In this document: one piece after another, positions 1-11,954 of the stretch
How positions within the stretch are numbered: position 1 is the first letter of the stretch
Layout: each line of letters begins with the position of its first letter
Origin: Mobula hypostoma
Taxonomy: Eukaryota
Assembly: GCF_963921235.1 (NCBI RefSeq)
Contig: NC_086109.1
Span: 2,916,001-2,980,000 of the forward strand
Direction: 5' to 3'
Length of the DNA stretch: 64,000 nucleotides
Notes under the pieces: generated by a model
The model's database searches: none
What the model saw: the letters and a program-made list of their open reading frames with translations, nothing else
What the model was told of the DNA's origin: nothing
Translations under genes and position numbers: made by a program

Positions 1-1097
1 TTTGCATATACTCAGAGGAAACCATCTAAGTTAAATAGTTTTGATTATGAAGAACATTCATCACTGCATAGAGGAAATTTCACTATCAATTATAAGATTT
101 TAAACCCAGTTCTAAATCTGTTCCAACTTGCTGTTTGAGGAATGTGTTATCTATGCTTTCTACCGACATAATGTCTGTCTGAATCAGTCTTTCAGGGAGT
201 ACTCAGCGTTTGTCATGTTGTAACAGATTCAGGCAAACCTGGATGTATGCTCTTTTATGAGATTTAAGGATCTGATGCACCTGGTCTCCAGGAATGCCTG
301 TAAGATGCTGGCACAATAACGCAGACTAGATGTCATCCAATTCACCATCTAGAGTATGTTAGAAACAAAAGCTCACACACTTTGTAGTTCTGTCCAAACA
401 TGTAGATTCTTGAAAAAGAATGAACCTGTAACTGAAATCCCTGACCATGGCTGCAACACTCGTTTCATATCCACTTCTTCTCCTTCCCTGCTTTAGCTAT
501 TAAAACGCAGGTCTGAACCTATGTGTTGTCTATATTGTTAGAAAGGTGTAGTGATATCTGCAGAACGGAACTAGCGCTCTGCAAAATTGGAAACACCAAT
601 GCCCTTGAATGCAAAGCCCTATAAAAAAATAGATAACTTTGTATACCTCTATCAAATTTACCCTCAATCTTCTACATTCCAAGGAATAAAGTGCTAACCT
701 TTTTAACCTTTTTCTTATCTTAGGTCCTTCAGACCCGAACGAGTGACAAGAGTGATGGAGTATCAATTCCAGCAATCTGGGTGCAATCCTGATCTCTGTA
801 CAAACTCTGCACAGGCAGCACAGCACCAAACTATCTGTGACCTACACTGACAGTCCTCCCAAATCTTTCTCCACTACATCAATGACTGCGTTTGGAATTT
901 GTGCATTTTTATTCACAGTGAACATTTGGTTTCCATGCTATTGCAATTTAAAACTTGAACCCATTCTCATGAAACTTTGCTGTTATCTTTTCCATCATCT
1001 TGATTTTGGTGACCATAAGATGAATGAATATGCATTAGTTACTTAACGAAAAATCAATTATTCAAAAGTGTACTTACATATGTCAACATTTTTGGAT

Positions 1098-1643
1098 GTA
1101 GGAGAAGAGTTAGGCCATTCAGCCCATTGAGTCTGCTCTGCTATTTCATCATGGCTGATCCATTTTCTTCTCAACCCCATTCTCCTGCCTTCTCCCCATA
1201 ATCTTTCACACCTTAACTAGTCAAGGACCTATCAACCTCTACCTTAAATGCACCCAGTGACCTGGCATCCACAGCCATCCACAGTCACAAATTCCACAGA
1301 TTCTCCACTCTCTGGCTAAGGAAATTTCTCTACGTCTCTGTTCTATATGGAAGTGCATCTCTTTTGAGGCTGTGTCCTCTGGTCCTAGACTCCCCCACTA
1401 AAGGAGACATCATATCCATTCTATCTAAGCCTTTCAACATCCGCTAGGCTTTAACAAGATCCCGTTGCATGCTTCTAAATTCAAGTGAGTGCAGGCACGG
1501 AGTAATCAACCGCTGCTCATATCATACTTGTGAACCTCCTCTGAAACCTCTCCAATGTCAGCACATCCTTTCTTTTAAGTAAGGGGCCTAAAACTGCTCA
1601 CAATACTCTAAGTGATGCCTCACCAGTTCCTTTTACAGCCTTT
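1098..1643 (-). mobile_element. CR1 LINE 3' fragment (decayed)
   Basis: Reverse complement matches the CR1 ORF2 C-terminus and 3'UTR (ggctgaatggcctaa...ctccta) seen in the better-preserved copies at 3193-3900 and 7812-8620. Confidence 0.85.
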
Positions 1644-4389
1644 AATTGTAGTAGAAATCACTACTTCATACCCGTATATCTTTAACTTTCTTATCAATTA
1701 TGTCACGTGAATTTTAACTTTGATTTTTATATAAAATGCGTTTATTTTGTAAATAAAGTTTACATATTTACCTTACATGTTTTTTAAATATCCAGTGCTA
1801 ATTTCTGATACATTTCTCTGCATTTCCTCATTATCCATAAATGCTCTGATTTTCTTGCAACTTCAGAATAAAAACAGGCACCAGAGGTGTTTGAAATAAA
1901 TTTGGAAGTGTTCATTGGTCAAACTCCGTTCTGCCTCATTTATTTGATTTTGTGTTTTTCTTAACTTTTATTTCAAGAGATATCAAAGTTCGTCTCAGCA
2001 TCAAGGTATCCTGAGTAGTCTACGTAATCAACATGGAGAGATTCTAATTCCAGTTCAAGAAGTTTAACATTTATTTTCATTACCTGTGATTTAACCTTCA
2101 TTGGCATTGGCTTTGTTGATGCCTGTTTTCCCTTCGAAGTTCAGCTGCGGAGAAACTTGTTCCCACTTGCCTCAAAGTGCTTGCAAAGGAATGTAGTGTG
2201 AGGCTAGCTGCTATTCCATCTGATGTTTGCAGCATGAAAAGCACAAGCCTTCCTCTTTCCATTTGGGAGCTGCGTTTAAGTTTATTTCTAAAAAAAAATT
2301 CAGTACCTATTCCAGATTTAAACTAACAGGTCAATAATTCTAAGCAAATTGCTTTGAAATTCTTTCAAAAAGGGAACATTAGGTAGTTTTCTTTTACAAT
2401 AAGGACAATAAAAATCTGATCTTGTTTACTTTGAAAAAGTTGACTATGCCAAGTTTAATGGCAGTATAAATGAATGTGTATTGCTATATCTGAACTCGGG
2501 TTCATCAAAAACCCCTAACTGTATGGTGTGGCATATAACTATATGGTATTCTATAGATTTATTGGGTATGCCCACAAGGAAATGAATCACAGGTTTGTAT
2601 ATAGTGACATACATGTACTTTGGCTGAGCAGATGACTTTATTAGAGTTGCTACCACTACACTTTATCTCAGTACAGAGGAAGAGCATTAAAGGCTACTTC
2701 CTTTCAATAATTAGAAATAATTACCTTCCAGCATTCTCTCAAAATCAGATTAATGTGGTTATTAGCTCTACAGATCTTTCCTCCAGAAAGTGCTCTGGGT
2801 GGGGTCATCAATGTTTGTCACTGAGAGTTAGCTGCTGGCATCACTGGTTGAATGCTGAAGGGTTGCCAGTCAGACTGGGCCTGCAGTAACCAACGCAGGG
2901 ACAATTCACTTTGACCACACCCTCGTAAATCTGCTTGTTACAGATGGGTCAGTCTATGAAGGTACTAGCATTTAGACTGTATGAAGACAAAGTCCAGAAT
3001 TTACAATGAAGATACCATCTCCTATGTGGGGTGGTTTTATCATTGGTCTAACTAAGTGAATTTGGAATAGATCTATGATGCTCTGTACTCATTTGACAAC
3101 AGCATTACAACATTTAACGATATTACAAATGGAAGCAGGAACAGACCCAGCACCTGTTCCACCATTCAATAGATCTAGGCGGTCTTATACATCATAAGAC
3201 TATAAGACCTAGGAGTAGAATTAGGCCATTCAGCCCATCAAGTCCACTCCGCCAATTCATCAGGCTGATCCTAGATCCCACTCAACCTTATACTACTGCC
3301 CTCTCTTGATAACCCTTGATGCCCTGACCAATCGGGAATCTATCAACTTCTGCTTTAAATATACCCAGGGACTTGCCTCCACCGCAGTAGGTGGCAGAGT
3401 GTTCCTCAGAATCACCACTCTTCGGCTAAAAAAAAATCCTCCTTACCTCTTTTCTAAAAGGTTGCCCCTCGATTTTGAGGCTGTGCCCTTGAGCTCCAGA
3501 TACCCCACCTGAGGAAACATCCTCTCCATATCCGCCTTATCTAGTCCTTTCAACATTCAGTAGGTTTCAATGAGATCCCCAAGCATTCTTCTAAATTCCA
3601 GTGAGTACAGGCCGAAAGCTGCCAAACACTCCTCATATGTTAAACCCCTCAGTCCCAGAATCATCCTCATGAACCTCCTCCAGACAGTCTCCAAAGACAA
3701 TACATCCTATCTGAGATAAGGGGCCCAAAATTGTTGCCAATACTCCAAGTGTGACCAGACTAGTGTGTTATAAAGCCGCAGCATTACCTCCTTGCATTTA
3801 TGTTCTATTCCTCTTGAAATAAATGCTAACATTTTATTTTCCTTCTTTACCATAGACTCAACCTATGAATTAACCTTCTTCCACGAAGACTCCTAAGTCC
3901 CTCTGCACCTCTGATGTTTGAATTTTCTCTGCATTTAGATAATACTCCGGACTATTGTTCCTTTTACCAAAATAACTTATCATACATTTCCCAACACTGT
4001 ATTCCATCTGCCACTTTTTTGCCCATTCTTCCAATTTGCCTGTGCTGCTGTAATCGCATTACTTCCTCAGCACTATCTACCCCTCCACCTACCTTTGTAT
4101 CATCTGCAAACTTTGCCACAAAGCCATCAATTTCATTATCCAAATCATTGACAAACAACGTGAAAAGTAGTGGTCCCAATACTGACCCCTGAGGAACACC
4201 ACTAGTCACTGACAACCAACCAGAAAATGCCCCTTTTATTCCCACTTGCTGCCTTCTGCCTGTCAGCCATTCCTCTATCCATGCCAGTATCTTTCCTGTA
4301 TCCATGCCAGTATCTTTCCTGTAACACCACAGGATTTTATCTTGTTAAGCAGCCTCATGTGTGGCACATTAAATGCCATCTGAAAATCT

Positions 4390-4669
4390 TTTTTTTTTTA
4401 AATTTTATTTTTATTTCTGTATATTAAAGAGAAGTGGGAGAAAGAAGCGGGGTTGATACTTTCAGAGGAGGCTTGGGGGGAAATCTGCAGCTTTCAATGG
4501 TCCTCGACTAACTCTTTGACTTGGAGAGAACATTGTTGGAAAAACATTATAAGATACTTCAAGACCCCATATCAGGAAAAATATAAAGATACAAATGTGA
4601 TGTGTTGGAGAAGGTGCGGCTCCAAGGAGGCAAATCATTTTCATATTTTCTGGGATTGCCCTAAATTAA
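4390..4669. mobile_element. L1/Tx1-clade insertion with 5' inversion (poly-A end on minus, ORF2 C-terminal piece on plus)
   Basis: 15-bp TSD GCCATCTGAAAATCT at 4375-4389 and 4670-4684. T-tract plus TTTATT (minus-strand AATAAA and polyA) at ~4390-4417. Plus-strand L1-type CCHC knuckle CWRRCGSKEANHFHIFWDC. Confidence 0.88.
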
Positions 4670-4825
4670 GCCATCTGAAAATCTAAGTAAATGGAATCCA
4701 CTGCCTCTCCTTTGTCCATCCTGCATCTTACTTCCTCAAAGAACTCTAACAGATTTGTCAGGGAAGATTTCTCTTGATAGAATACATGCTGATTTTGACT
4801 TATTTTATCATTAGTCTCCAAGTAC

Positions 4826-6312
4826 ACAGAAACATAGAAACATAGAAAATAGGTGCAGGAGTAGGCCATTTGGCCCTTCGAGCCTGCACCGCCATTCAGT
4901 ATGATCATGGCTGATCATCCAACTCAGGACCCTGTACCAGCCTTCCCCCCATACCCCCTGATCCTTTTAGCCACAAGGGCCATATCTAACTCCCTCTTAA
5001 ATACAGCCAATGAACTGGCCTCAACTGTTTCCTGTGGCAGAGAATTCCACAGATTCACCACTCTCTGTGTGAAGAAGTTTTTCCTAATCTCGGTCCTAAA
5101 AGGCTTCCCCTTTATCCTCAAACTGTGACCCCTCATTCTGGACTTCCCCAACATCGGGAACAATCTTCCTGCATCTAGCCTGTCCAATCCCTTTAGGATC
5201 TTATACGCTTCAATCAGATCCCCCCTCAATCTTCTAAATTCCAACGAGTATAAGCCCAGTTCATCCAGTCTTTCATCGTATGAAAGTCCTGCCATCCCAG
5301 GAATCAATCTGGTGAACCTTCTTTGTACTCCCTCTATGGCAAGGATGTCTTTCCTCAGATTAGGGGACCAAAACTGCACACAATACTCCAGGTGTGGTCT
5401 CACCAAGGCCTTGTACAACTGCAGTAGTACCTCCCTGCTCCTGTACTCGAATCCTCTCGCTATAAATGCCAGCATACCATTCGCATTTTTCACTGCCTGC
5501 TGTACCTGCATGCCCACTTTCAATGACTGGTGTATAATGACACCCAGGTCTCGTTGCACCTCCCCTTTTCCTAATCGGCCACCATTCAGATAATAATCTG
5601 TTTTCCTGTTTTTGCCACCAAAGTGGATAACTTCACATTTATCCACATTAAATTGCATCTGCCATGAATTTGCCCACTCACCTAACCTATCCAAGTCACC
5701 CTGCATCCTCTTAGCATCCTCCTCACAGCTAACACTGCCGCCCAGCTTCGTGTCATCCGCAAACTTGGAGATGCTGCATTTAATTCCTTTATCCAAATCA
5801 TTAATATATATTGTAAACAACTGGGGTCCCAGCACTGAGCCTTGCGGTACCCCACTGGTCACTGCCTGCCATTCTGAAAAGGTCCCATTTATTCCCACTC
5901 TTTGCTTCCTGTCTGCTAACCAATTCTTTATTCACATCAATACCTTACCCCCAATACCGTGTGCTTTAAGTTTGCACACTAATCTCCTGTGTGGGACCTT
6001 GTCAAAAGCCTTTTGAAAATCCAAATATACCACATCCACTGGTTCTCCCCTATCAACTCCACTAGTTACATCCTCAAAAAATTCTATGAGATTCGTCAGA
6101 CATGATTTTCCTTTCACAAATCCATGCTGACTTTGTCTGATGATTTCGCTGCTTTCCAAATGTGCTGTTATCACATCTTTGATAACTGACTCTAGCATTT
6201 TCCTCACCACTGATGTTAGGCTAACCGGTCTATAATTCCCCGGTTTCTCTCTCCGTCCTTTTTTAAAAAGCTGGGTTACATTAGCCACTTTCCAATCCTC
6301 AGGAACTATTCC
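4826..6312 (-). mobile_element. Young CR1 LINE, 5'-truncated, with (ATGTTTCT)n tail
   Basis: Tail agaaacatagaaacatagaaa at ~4828-4850. Nearly uninterrupted RT-to-C-terminus ORF. Host CR1 sequence resumes at 6313. Confidence 0.95.
4924..6312 (-). pseudogene. CR1 ORF2 reverse transcriptase fragment with one premature stop
   Basis: ORFs 4924-5898 and 5932-6492 share a frame (offset 1008). A single TGA at 5932-5934 sits where a Trp is expected. Motifs NYRPVSLTS, QHGF, YLDFQKAFD, GVPQGSVLGP, FADD. Confidence 0.93.
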
Positions 6313-6884
6313 TGAAACCTCGTCCTTAATAATGGAATCCAACACTTTTCCACCCGCTGAAGTTACGCTAACTGGCCTATAATTTCCTCCCTTTGGTCTT
6401 TCTCCCTTCCTAAAGAGTGGAGTGTCATTTGAAATTTTCCAGTCCTCCAGGACCATGATAGAATCAAGTGATTCTTGAAAGATCATGACCAATGCATCTG
6501 TTATCTCTTCAGCACCCTCTCTCAGACTCTGGGCTGTAGTCCAACTGGTTCAGGTGACTTATTCATCTTAAAACCTTTGAGTTTGCTTAGCACCTTTTCT
6601 TTTGTAATAGCAATGTCATCACTCCTGCTCCCTGACACTCGCGGACCTCTGGCACACAGCTAGTGTCTTCCAGAGTAAAGACTGATGCAAAGTACTTATT
6701 AAGGTCATCTGCCATGTTTTTGTCCTCCATTACTACCACACCAGCATCATTTTCTGGTGGTCCAGTATCAACGCTCACCTCCCTTTTATTCTTTATATAA
6801 CTGAAAAAAACTTTTCGTATCCTGATTTATATCATCGGCTAGCTTGCCTTCGTATTTCATTTTTTCCCTTCTTATAGCTCAGTA

Positions 6885-7418
6885 CCACATCCCTCCATTA
6901 ATCCAACATCCTTGTATTAATCCCACATCCCTGTCTCAATCTGACATCCTGTATTAATCCCTCATCCCTGTATAATCCCACATCCCTGTATTAATCCCAC
7001 ATCCCTCCATTAATCCCATATCCCTCCATTAATCCCACATCCTTCCATTAATCCCACATCCCTGTATTAATCCCACACCCCTCCATTAATCCCACATGCC
7101 TGTCTCAATCCCACAATCCTGTATTAATCCTTCAACCCTGTATAATCCCACATCCCTGTATTAATCCCTCATCCCTGTATAATCCCACATCCCTGTATTG
7201 ATTCCTCAACCCTGTATTATCCCACATCCCTGTATTGATCTCACATCCCTCCATTAATCCCACATTCCTGTATTAAACCCTCATTGCTCCATCAATCCCA
7301 CATCCCTGTCTCAATCCCACATCCCTGTATTAATCCCTCATCCCTGTATAATCTCACATCCCACCATTAATCTCACATCCTCCCATTAATTCCACATCCC
7401 GGTATTAATCCCACATCC
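6885..7418. repeat. Minisatellite, 19-bp unit TTAATCCCACATCCCT(GTA/CCA), ~28 copies
   Basis: Directly visible tandem units with variant types and no unique spacers. Confidence 0.95.
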
Positions 7419-7811
7419 ATTGAATCTCGTCATATCTAAAATTCATCAGTCTCTGTCTTGAATAGAAAGTGACAGATCCTCAGCACCCTGCTTGGGCAAA
7501 GTATTCTGTAGACTCACAACTGCCTGGATGAAGTAATCCCTTTTGATCTCTATCGGTTATGACTGAGATTGTGGCTCCTGGTTACAGATTCGTCAGGCTG
7601 ATAAGTAGCGACATCTCCTCCACACTCCAGTGCAAGATTTTAGTAAATCCCTTCCCCTGTCTAGAAGTGTCCCCAGATTGAAATAAAAGATTCTTTTGTG
7701 ATAGGTAAATAAATAAACCCTACCTGTTCATTTCACTCTGATCAATTTTAGAGATGGCCTTTGAAAATATCTGAGTCAGGCTTTCTAAAATATGGTAATT
7801 ATGTCAAAAGG

Positions 7812-8620
7812 CAACATATATGGTACTGCACTTTGGTCGAAGGAATAAAGGTGTAGACTATTTTCTAAGTGGGGAGAAAATTCAGAAATCAGATGTGCAA
7901 AGGGACTTGAGAGTCTTGTGCAGAATTCCCTAATGGTTAACTTGCAGGTTGAGTCGGTGATAAAGAAGGCAAATGCAATGTTAGCATTCATTTCAAAAGA
8001 GCTAGAATATAAAAGCAAGGATGTGATGCTAAGGCTGTATAAACCTTTGTGCAGACCACATTTGGAGTAATGGGAGTAGATATAGTCCTTGTACCTGAGA
8101 AAGGATGTGCTGGAATTGGAGCGGGGTCAGAGCAGGTCCCTGAGAGTGATTCTGGAAATGACACAGTTAATATATGAGGACTGTTTAATGGCTCTGGGCC
8201 TGTACTGACTGGTGTTCAGAAGAATGAGGGGGAGGGAGTTTTATCAAAACCTACAGAAAAAGCCTAGGTAGAGTGGATGTAGAAAGGATATTTCATATAG
8301 TGGATGAGTCTAGGACAAGATGGCACAGCCTCAGAATAGAAAGACATACCTTTCAAACAGAGAAGAGGAAGGATTTCTTTAGCCAGGGGGTAGTGAATCT
8401 GTGGAATTCATTTCCACAGATCACTTTGGAGGCCAAGTCACCGAGTACTTTTAAAACAGAGGGTGATAAATTCTTAATTCGTAATGACATCAAAGATTAC
8501 GGGGAGAAGACAGAAGAATGTGGCTGAGAAGGGTAATAAATCAGCCATGATAGAATGGCAGAGCAGACTCAATGGGCTGAATGGCCTAATTCTGCTCCTA
8601 TGTCATACGGTCTATGGTCT
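7812..8620 (+). mobile_element. CR1 LINE 3' fragment
   Basis: KKANAMLAFI...RPHLE...FFSQGVVNLWNS-like remnants followed by the CR1 3'UTR. Confidence 0.9.
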
Positions 8621-9659
8621 ACATAAAGCAAAGATAAAATATTCAGAAAGTTGTAACTAATTATTAGAAATACTTTGCACATTTGCAAAATTCTACCTTG
8701 AGAATTTCGGTAGAAGTTGGGCATGCAGTAAGAAGTGTATCAGGAGTTCTGTCTGGTTGAGATGATCAAACTCAGATTACCATTCTCCGCTCTTCAGACT
8801 CTTCAGTGCATTTAGAATCCAGGCTGTGGATGTCTGGTCAGCTCTCAAGTTTACTTCCGATGAGTTTGTTCTGCTACATAATTATGGCGTTCTGGAATTG
8901 TTCTCTGCCAGGACAGCAAAGCACTTTTAAAGCCGCTGAAGGGAGAAATCTTTGTTGAGGAAGTTGACCAGGGCCGCTTCATCCCCAGATGCATCCCTGT
9001 TTCAGTGGAGTAGTGTGGCTTCAGGTATTCTGAGTAAAGGTCTACACATAAATGTGAATGAAGTCGGTTGCCTGAGGCAGACAGAGAGAAGGAAGCTGAT
9101 CTATTACTACCTTCCTTTGAAGATCAGCGATGAAGATAAGGTTGCAAAAACAGCAGCAAATTATTACTGGCATGTTGCACCTTGTCCAGGTACCAAGAAT
9201 CAAAACATTATTTCAAAATTTTCCATAGGTTTACTGCTTTTAAGCTTCACATTCCACATGGACAGTTCGTCATCTTTCATGGTGAGATGAACTGGCTTGA
9301 TCTTAGCTTTGAAATACTGACCAGGATTTTCCAGTGTTTTGCAAGTAGTGTATTTTCGGTCTGCCATTCACTGGCAGGTGCCCAGAACCTGCCAGCCTTG
9401 CCCTTCTGGGAATTCTGTGCTGGGTTCCGCCACTGGGCCCCACCTGGATTGGGTGTCTGCCAACTGCGATTCCCTTGTATTTATGCTCAATCCCCCAAAA
9501 CTCCTGGAAAGACCAGTGAAGATCTCAAGTGGACTGATGGTATCATTGTCCCTTTGCTGTTCTGACACTTGTCCCTATACTGATAGCATATTAGGCAACT
9601 CAAACAGTTGCACATGTACTTCCTCCTCACAATAATAAGCAGTTTCTGGTATAATAATA

Positions 9660-9870
9660 GTGGCTGTTAGAAGACTATTAAATAGTTCCCAGTACAATAA
9701 GGTGGACTGCTGACCTCACCGTTGTGAGCCGCATTGTCTGCGTGAACTGCACATCCTCTGCAGCTGTAACGCTCTATTCTGCGATTCTGTTTGTATCTTG
9801 TTCTACATCAACGTACTGTGTAATGATTTGATCTGTATGAACAGTTCGCAAAACATGGTTTTCACTGTGT
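9660..9870 (+). mobile_element. Rex1/Babar-like 3' end and UTR remnant
   Basis: AVRRLLNS-like ORF end followed by a pyrimidine-rich UTR. Decayed. Confidence 0.5.
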
Positions 9871-9951
9871 TTATTTATTGATGGAGATTCAGCACGGAAT
9901 ATGCCCTTCCGTGTCGAGCTGTGTCGCCCAGCAATCCCCCGATTTCATCGC

Positions 9952-11669
9952 AGTCAAGTCAAGTCAAGTTTATTGCCATTTAACTATTTACATGTATGTG
10001 TCAAATATAACCATATAATGTACGTAGAAACAAGACACCATTTCTTAGCACCAGGGTGTAAAGCACAGTAGTACACATTACAGACACAACGCATGATAAT
10101 TTATGAAGATAAGAATAAAATTTACATGGATCACACATACTAAAGTGTATTAGTATTAAATATTGTAAGATACGGAACAGATTAACCAGTCACACTTTGA
10201 ATGCAACGTGGCAGGGAGTTCAGAAGCCTATTGACCTGGGGGAGAAACTGTTTGTCATCCTGACTGTTCTAGTTTTCATGCATCAGATTTTCCTGCCTGA
10301 TGGGAGAAAGTCAAAGAGGATGCCGGATGGATGGGTGGGATCCTTGATAATACTAAGGGCCCTGTGTATGCAGCCCTCCTGATAAATGTCCCCAGTGGAT
10401 AGTCAGGAGACCCCTATCATCCTCTCAGCCATTTTTACAGTCCTTTGTAGGGACCTCAGGTCCGATACTCGACTGCTCCCGTACCAGATGGAGATGCAGG
10501 ATGCTCTCAATGGTGCTCCTGTAAAACACAGTTAAGATAGGGGTAGGGAGAGCCTTGCTTGCCTTAATCTTCTCCGGAAGTGGAGGTGCTGCTGTGCCTT
10601 CTTGTTCTGGGAGGTGAGGTCATCCGTGATGTGAACTCCCAGGAACTTGGTGCACTTAACTTTCTTTATGGAGGAGTCATGTATTCACGAAGGGGGACGG
10701 TTTGTCTGCACCTTCCTGAAATCCACAATGATTTCCTTTGTCTTCTCTGCATTCAGGCTTTGGTTGCTCTCCTCACGTCAATCCACCAGCTGCTCCAGTT
10801 CCTCTTTATACTCCGCCTCGTCATCACTCTTGATAAGGCCAACCACCATGGAGTCCTCCGCAAACCAGGTGGCACGGTTTGAGCTGGATCCTGCCACAGT
10901 TACACATCAGTAGTGTGAACACCAGGGGCTGAGCACACAGCCTTGGGGAGCACCAGTTCTCAGCCTAATGGGACAAGAGACATTGCTGCTGACACGGACC
11001 AACTATGGCCTTACTGTTAAGAAGCCCATTATCCAATTGCAGAGGGAGGTATTGAGACCCAGTGAGGATAGTTTCCTCACTAGTTTCTGGGGTATGATGG
11101 TGAACGTTGAATTGAAATATAGAAGCAGCAGTCTGGCAGATGAGGCCCCATTTTCCAGGTGGGACAGGACAGAGTGAATGGCAGAGGCTATTGCACTATC
11201 GGCGGATTGATTTGACTGATAAGTGAACTGGAAACGGTCCAGTGTAGCCGGGAGAAAGGCTTTAATGTGATCCATGAGCAGCCACTCAAAGCATTTCATA
11301 AACACGAGGAATTCTGCAGATGCTGGAAATTCAAGCAACACACATCAAAGTTGCTGGTGAATGCAGCAGGCCAGGCAGCATCTCTAGGAAGAGGTACAGT
11401 CGACGTTTCGGGCCGAGACCCTTCGTCCTGACAAAGGGTCTCGGCCCGAAACATCGACTGTACCTCTTCATAGAGATGCTGCCAGGCCTGCTGCGTTCAC
11501 CAGCAACTTTGATGTGTGCTGCTCAAAGCATTTCATAATGGTTGATGTTAATGCCACCAGACGATAGACATTTAGGCTGGTTATCATCACCCTCCTTGGA
11601 ACTGGAATGATGGTTGCAACCTTAAAAACTGAGAGAATGATGAATTGTTCCAGAGAGATCACCTCCATC
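9952..11669 (-). mobile_element. Rex1/Babar LINE, 5'-truncated, decayed, (GACTT)n tail
   Basis: FKVATIIPVPRR...YRLVALTSTIMKCFE, ARLLLLYFNSTFTIIPQKL and SLCNWI motifs. Tail agtcaagtcaagtcaagtttatt. Confidence 0.9.
11302..11521. mobile_element. Penelope pseudo-LTR-only insertion forming an inverted repeat
   Basis: 17-bp TSD CTCAAAGCATTTCATAA (11285-11301 and 11522-11538). Palindrome 11339-11518. Same subfamily as 19412-19604. Confidence 0.88.
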
Positions 11670-11954
11670 AGCTAATCACAGAATGATTTACAATGATCAA
11701 TGAACCGAACCAAGCAGTCTGTCTTTAGACTGTGGGAAGAGACTGAAGCACCCAGAGAAACCCATGCACAAACTGCTTACAGACAACGGTGGGAACTGAA
11801 CCCGGGTTATCTGTACTGTAAAGCGTTGTGCTAACCATTACTCTACCGTTACGCTCCTCAGTGCCCGTGATAATAATGAACCAGTTCTAACTCCAATTTC
11901 GATAACAGAATAACCAACACTGAGATCTTTTAGTGGTCAAATACTCGAGCCTAG

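Larger units (their letters stand above)
3193..6880 (-). mobile_element. CR1 LINE, 5'-truncated, older copy interrupted by an L1 (4390-4669) and a younger CR1 (4826-6312)
   Basis: ORF pieces VTSGVPQGSVLGPLLF...KFADDTK (3964-4305), QHVF...TNLLEFFEEV...YLDFQ (4666-4826) and IFQESLDS...NYRPVS (6313-6492). The 3' tail is at ~3193. Same subfamily as 24484-26185. Confidence 0.92.
9871..11855 (-). mobile_element. tRNA-head V-SINE split by a Rex1 insertion (pieces 9871-9951 and ~11670-11855)
   Basis: The minus strand gives an A-box-like ggtagagtaatggttagc, a B-box-like ggttcagttccc and the V-domain tgggtttctctgggtgcttcagtctcttcccacagtctaaagac. The 3' part matches the unsplit copy at 37810-38085. Confidence 0.8.

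Noticed and set aside
4276..4323. 23-bp direct repeat as a TSD
   Set aside because: The copies are adjacent with nothing between them, so this is a simple slippage duplication in CR1.
4924..5898. Functional host gene (324-aa ORF)
   Set aside because: 5'-truncated CR1 ORF2 with an upstream in-frame stop and no endonuclease or promoter.
6885..7418. CRISPR-like array (also 39675-40170)
   Set aside because: Contiguous tandem units without unique spacers, no cas genes, and a eukaryotic context.
8942..9012. Tubulin-like peptide EIFVEEVDQGRFIPRCIPVSVE
   Set aside because: Short and flanked by stops, with no other tubulin motifs nearby. Likely chance.
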